Source: Actinomycetota bacterium
GTDB lineage: Bacteria > Actinomycetota > Acidimicrobiia > Acidimicrobiales > Ilumatobacteraceae
Assembly (NCBI GenBank): GCA_026393475.1
Contig: JAPLAA010000061.1
Coordinates: 21,927 to 85,926 of the forward strand
DNA: 64,000 nt
Direction of reading: 5' to 3'
Both the position numbers and the translations under genes were made by a program. The notes under the pieces were generated by a model, which was given only the letters and a program-made list of their open reading frames with translations, ran no database searches and had not been told where the DNA came from. Below, in pieces: positions 60,912 to 64,000 of this stretch (its first letter is position 1; each line of letters starts with the position of its first letter).

Positions 60912-63900
60912 TCAGCCGAACGTCGGGCCCTGCGGTGTACTCGAGAACCAGCCCGTGATGTCGACCACCACGTGCGAGGAACCGGAGCTGTTGTAGATCT
61001 CGATCGTGCCACCCGGCCCGACGCCGATCACCGCCGCGTTGGCGACGGTGGTACCGGGTTGGAAGTTGAGGTTCGACGCGAGCGGACGGCTGCGTCCCGA
61101 TGGCCAGGCGGTGATGAACCCCGCTCCGGTCGGTTCGGTGACGGTGATGTTCGCCGCGACGGCGTCGACGCCGAAGGCCGGCACACCACCGACGCCCACC
61201 ACCTGCAACCGCCGCGTCTCCTGGGGGCCGAGCACGATGCCGCCGAGCCCGTCCCTCGTGTCCATCACGCGCGCCGGGGTGACCGGGGTGAACCCACCGG
61301 AGAACCAGCCCGTCACGTCGACGATCATCTCGGCGGCGGGAGAGCTGTTGTAGAGGTTCACCATGCCGTTCGGCCCGACGCCGACGATGACGGCGTTGGC
61401 CACCGTCTGCGACGTCGTGAAGTTGAGGCTCGAGGCCGTCGGACGAGCGGTGCCCCCGGGCCACACCGTGAAGAAACCGGGGCCGTACGTCTTCGTGGCC
61501 GTGACATTGAGGGCCACCGCCGTCGCTCCGGTCGCGGGCACGCCACCGCGGCCGCTGATCTGGATCTCGCGTGTCTCGCCGGCCAGCAGGATGATCCCGT
61601 TGAGCCCTTCGCGGGTGTCGGCGAGGCGAGCGGGTTGGACGGGGTCGAAGCCGTCCGCGTACCACCCGACGACGTCGACGACGAGGTGGGCCGTACGCAA
61701 CGTGTAGAGCTCGACACCACCGTCGGCGCCGACGCCCACGGTCACCAGATTGGGCACGGTCTGGCCGGTCCGGTAGTTCAGGTTGGATGCCACCGGACGA
61801 GCCCCTTCGGGCCACACGGTGACGAATCCGTCGCCACCGATCGGCTCGGTGACGGTGACGTTCAGCACGACCGCCGACACACCACGGGTGGGAACGCCGC
61901 CGCGGCCGAGCACCGGCAACCGCCGGCTCGTGTTGCCGACCATCACGTCACCGCCGAGGCCCTCACGGGTGTCCATGAGTCGGGCGGGCGTGACCGGCAC
62001 CATCGAGGCGTCGTCGAAGGAGGCGACGTAGGCGACGTCGGTCGCGGGGATGGTGACGTCGTGGGTGATCGCTCCTTCGTCGGACCAACCGAGGAATGTG
62101 GCGCCCGCCTGAGGTGAGACCACCGACAGTGTGCGTACCGACCCGACCGGCACATCGGCGACATACGGGGTCTCGACGGCGTTGCCGTCGTAGAGGATCG
62201 TGCGACCCGACGGCATCGTGTCGAGCGTGACCTGGGACGTGTGGTAGCCGATGCGCCGCGACACCGTGGTGCTGAGGCCCACGGCGTCGGTCGCCGTGAG
62301 GTCGATCGTCAGATGGGTGTCGTCGCCGTGATCGGGCAGGACGAACGAGCCGGACGCGCCGGTGGCGCTGGTGAGGAAGTGCGTGTGGCAGTTGCCGAGG
62401 GGGCAGTGGTGGATCGTGATCTGCCAGGTGAGTCGGGTCCCCGGGACGAGACCGTCCTCGGGGTCGGTGGCCGAGCCCGAGAACGTGACCCGCTGCCCCA
62501 CGTCGAACAGCGTGTCGACGGTCGGCGTCTCGATCACCGGGACGGGCGCGCCCTGCGTACCGCAGACGAACCTGGCGCTGCCCCAACTGGCATGGTCCTC
62601 GGCGGTGCCGTTGCCGCCGTCGGTGACGACGAGGCGCACCTGCGACACGGCGGTGAGCGAGACGTCGATCGCGAGCCCCGGGTCGTTGCCGGTTCGAACC
62701 CCCGAGTTGTAGAGACGTGTCGAGGTGCCGTTCCACACCTCGAACGTCACCGACCCGGCGCTGCCGACCTCGTCGTCGACGCCGATGGTGGCCTGCAGAC
62801 GGCAGGGCTTGTCGAGCACGTAGCGCACCTCGCTCGCCGCGTGGACGCCGATGCCCTTGCTGTGCGGGACGCCGCCGATGCGGATCGGGACGCCGTCGCC
62901 CGCTGCGGTCGAGCCGTTCGAGCGATCGCGTTCGTACGGACCGAGTCCGTTGACCGGTGTGCCGAACGGCGTGAGGTCGGACAGGAAGGCGACGCCGAAC
63001 GGCGGCGGGGTCGGCGGGTCGTTGCCCACGGCGATCCGGCGGACCTGGCCGGCCATGATCGAGACGTAGTACAGCGCGCCGTCGGGCCCGACCTTCAGAT
63101 CGACGGGTGAGTCGAGTCCGGTGGCGAAGCTGACCGGGGCGCCGCTCACGTTGCCGCCGGCGTCGAGAGGGAGATAGCGGATCCAGCCGTTCGCGTAGTC
63201 GGCGTAGAACACGCCACGGTTCCAGGGGCTGGGGAAGTTGGTGAGCGAGGAGGACGGTCCGCCGACCGCTGCCGCGCCGCCGATGGAACTCCAGTCCACC
63301 GCGGCCCGACGGACCGCGCTCGACCCACGGGCGTAGAGCGCCTGGCACGTGCCGTAGCTCGCGTAGCCGGGCTGCTGGTTGGGGCCCTCGTAGCAGGGCC
63401 AGCCCAGGTTGTCGCCGGCGGTGACGATGTTCAGCTCTTCACGCGTGAGCCAGCCCACGTCGCCGACGTGCAAGGTGTTGGATCCGGGTCGGAGCGCGAA
63501 ACGGAACGGGTTGCGCAGGCCGGTGGCGAAGACCCGCGACCTGATCGAGCGGGCGTTGCCGTTCCAGAACGGGTTCGACGCGAGCCCGTTGCCGTCGCGG
63601 TCGATGCGCAGGATCTTGCCCGGGTACTGGTCGATGTCCTGGGCGCGCAGCGCACGCGGATCGACCTCGTCCCAGGAGGCGCCATCGCCCATCGACACGA
63701 ACAGGGTGCGGTCGGGCGCGAACACGAGCGAGCCAGGCCCGTGGCCGTACCAGTCGTTCGGCACGCAGTCGGGACTGCCGAGGTTGGCGGTGCATCCCGG
63801 GCTCGGCAACGACCCGAGCACGACGACCTCGGATGCGATCGAGGCCGTGTTGCCCGTGACGGTGAAGCGGCTCAGGCGGAGGCTCTTGATGCCGGCGTCG

Positions 63901-64000
63901 TCGCTGCCCGTGGGGTCGTAGGGGTAGAGCAGGTAGACGTACGGACGGCCGGTCGTGAAGTCGGGATCGACCGCGATGCCGAGCAGTCCACGGTCCCAAT
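60912..64000 (-). CDS. large secreted multidomain protein, 5'-partial: PQQ-type/SGL soluble sugar dehydrogenase beta-propeller + NPCBM-like module + Ig-like region + 3 x ~117-aa repeat
   Basis: The frame is open to the window edge and reads WDRGLLGIAVDPDF...VYLLY, the SGL/glucose-sorbosone dehydrogenase motif. NPCBM-like GVHAASEVRYVL...VTDGGNGTAEDHASWGSARF. Three repeats at the C-terminus. Confidence 0.85.
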   Translation of the reverse strand, partial: WDRGLLGIAVDPDFTTGRPYVYLLYPYDPTGSDDAGIKSLRLSRFTVTGNTASIASEVVVLGSLPSPGCTANLGSPDCVPNDWYGHGPGSLVFAPDRTLFVSMGDGASWDEVDPRALRAQDIDQYPGKILRIDRDGNGLASNPFWNGNARSIRSRVFATGLRNPFRFALRPGSNTLHVGDVGWLTREELNIVTAGDNLGWPCYEGPNQQPGYASYGTCQALYARGSSAVRRAAVDWSSIGGAAAVGGPSSSLTNFPSPWNRGVFYADYANGWIRYLPLDAGGNVSGAPVSFATGLDSPVDLKVGPDGALYYVSIMAGQVRRIAVGNDPPTPPPFGVAFLSDLTPFGTPVNGLGPYERDRSNGSTAAGDGVPIRIGGVPHSKGIGVHAASEVRYVLDKPCRLQATIGVDDEVGSAGSVTFEVWNGTSTRLYNSGVRTGNDPGLAIDVSLTAVSQVRLVVTDGGNGTAEDHASWGSARFVCGTQGAPVPVIETPTVDTLFDVGQRVTFSGSATDPEDGLVPGTRLTWQITIHHCPLGNCHTHFLTSATGASGSFVLPDHGDDTHLTIDLTATDAVGLSTTVSRRIGYHTSQVTLDTMPSGRTILYDGNAVETPYVADVPVGSVRTLSVVSPQAGATFLGWSDEGAITHDVTIPATDVAYVASFDDASMVPVTPARLMDTREGLGGDVMVGNTSRRLPVLGRGGVPTRGVSAVVLNVTVTEPIGGDGFVTVWPEGARPVASNLNYRTGQTVPNLVTVGVGADGGVELYTLRTAHLVVDVVGWYADGFDPVQPARLADTREGLNGIILLAGETREIQISGRGGVPATGATAVALNVTATKTYGPGFFTVWPGGTARPTASSLNFTTSQTVANAVIVGVGPNGMVNLYNSSPAAEMIVDVTGWFSGGFTPVTPARVMDTRDGLGGIVLGPQETRRLQVVGVGGVPAFGVDAVAANITVTEPTGAGFITAWPSGRSRPLASNLNFQPGTTVANAAVIGVGPGGTIEIYNSSGSSHVVVDITGWFSSTPQGPTFG
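60942..62001 (-). repeat. three tandem coding copies (~350 bp each) of an unassigned ~117-aa module (coordinates approximate)
   Basis: Each copy reads F.PV.PAR..DTR.GLGG......T....V.G.GGVP..G..AV..N.T.T.P.G.GF.T.WP.G..RP..S.LN.....TV.N..(I/V).GVG..G.......S......VD(I/V).GW(F/Y). Confidence 0.85.

Noticed and set aside
63439-63999. The 186-aa minus-strand ORF at the right edge looked like a possible separate gene.
   Set aside because: It is out of frame with the stop-free frame that reads WDRGLLGIAVDPDF... That frame continues in-frame (177 nt = 59 codons) into the 60912-63821 ORF. The track ORF begins at 63821 only because no ATG/GTG/TTG codon occurs further upstream within the window.
1-64000. 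I looked for mobile elements, prophage remnants, restriction-modification or other defence systems, toxin-antitoxin pairs, biosynthetic gene clusters, and tRNA/rRNA/tmRNA genes.
   Set aside because: No integrase, transposase, recombinase, terminal inverted repeat, capsid or terminase, methyltransferase/endonuclease pair, PKS/NRPS or cloverleaf-like intergenic sequence was recognised. The intergenic regions over 100 nt (13911-14037, 14486-14875, 16263-16380, 34765-35178, 38583-38762, 44178-44385, 45524-45802) are accounted for by repeats, hairpins or leaders. This is a by-eye negative result, not a search result.

Overview
This 64-kb chromosomal segment is visibly very GC-rich (GC not computed). 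Its gene content looks like a high-GC Gram-positive organism (Actinomycetota); any finer placement would be a guess. I call about 55 protein genes. They are tightly packed and often joined by ATGA/GTGA/TGAnATG stop-start junctions. I saw no rRNA, tRNA, CRISPR, transposase, integrase, phage, or recognisable defence or toxin-antitoxin genes. Content from left to right: (1) A minus-strand envelope block: two GT-C-like polytopic proteins, a membrane-anchored GT2, an IPTTG-anchored Ser/Thr-rich protein and a large M36 fungalysin-type protease, with divergent Gfo/Idh/MocA and GT4 genes. (2) A Fur-family regulator divergent from a 2Fe-2S + FAD subunit pair of a molybdenum hydroxylase whose large subunit is absent. 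(3) An M20 peptidase, a PAP2-family membrane protein, a DUF1800/DUF1501 pair, an SDR, an FAD oxidoreductase, a CoA-transferase and a Cache-type MCP. (4) An LLM oxidoreductase plus a GlgX-like enzyme. (5) cox-type maturation genes (MoxR/CoxD, VWA/CoxE, two XdhC, MocA-like, CoxG), interrupted by an NlpC/P60 hydrolase with a 413-bp leader. (6) DUF501, a half-size Ppx/GppA-like protein and a RimJ-like protein, then two enoyl-CoA hydratases, an LPATG protein and an SGNH hydrolase. (7) LacI plus a BMP-family nucleoside-type ABC transporter, queF, add and upp. (8) M20 plus an agmatinase-family enzyme, PPK2 and glnS. (9) A GGDEF-EAL protein translationally coupled to GT25 and GT8. (10) A large, partial secreted sugar-dehydrogenase/NPCBM protein ending in three copies of a ~117-aa repeat I cannot place. 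The most unusual sequence-level signal is a recurrent class of short tandem repeats (9-42 bp). Some are in-frame inside genes. Others are out-of-frame and duplicate the last codons plus the stop codon of unrelated genes. Two more, at 10-11 bp period, sit in the fur / 2Fe-2S intergenic region. I did not find an unambiguous new multi-gene system. The best candidates are given as hypotheses with explicit tests.
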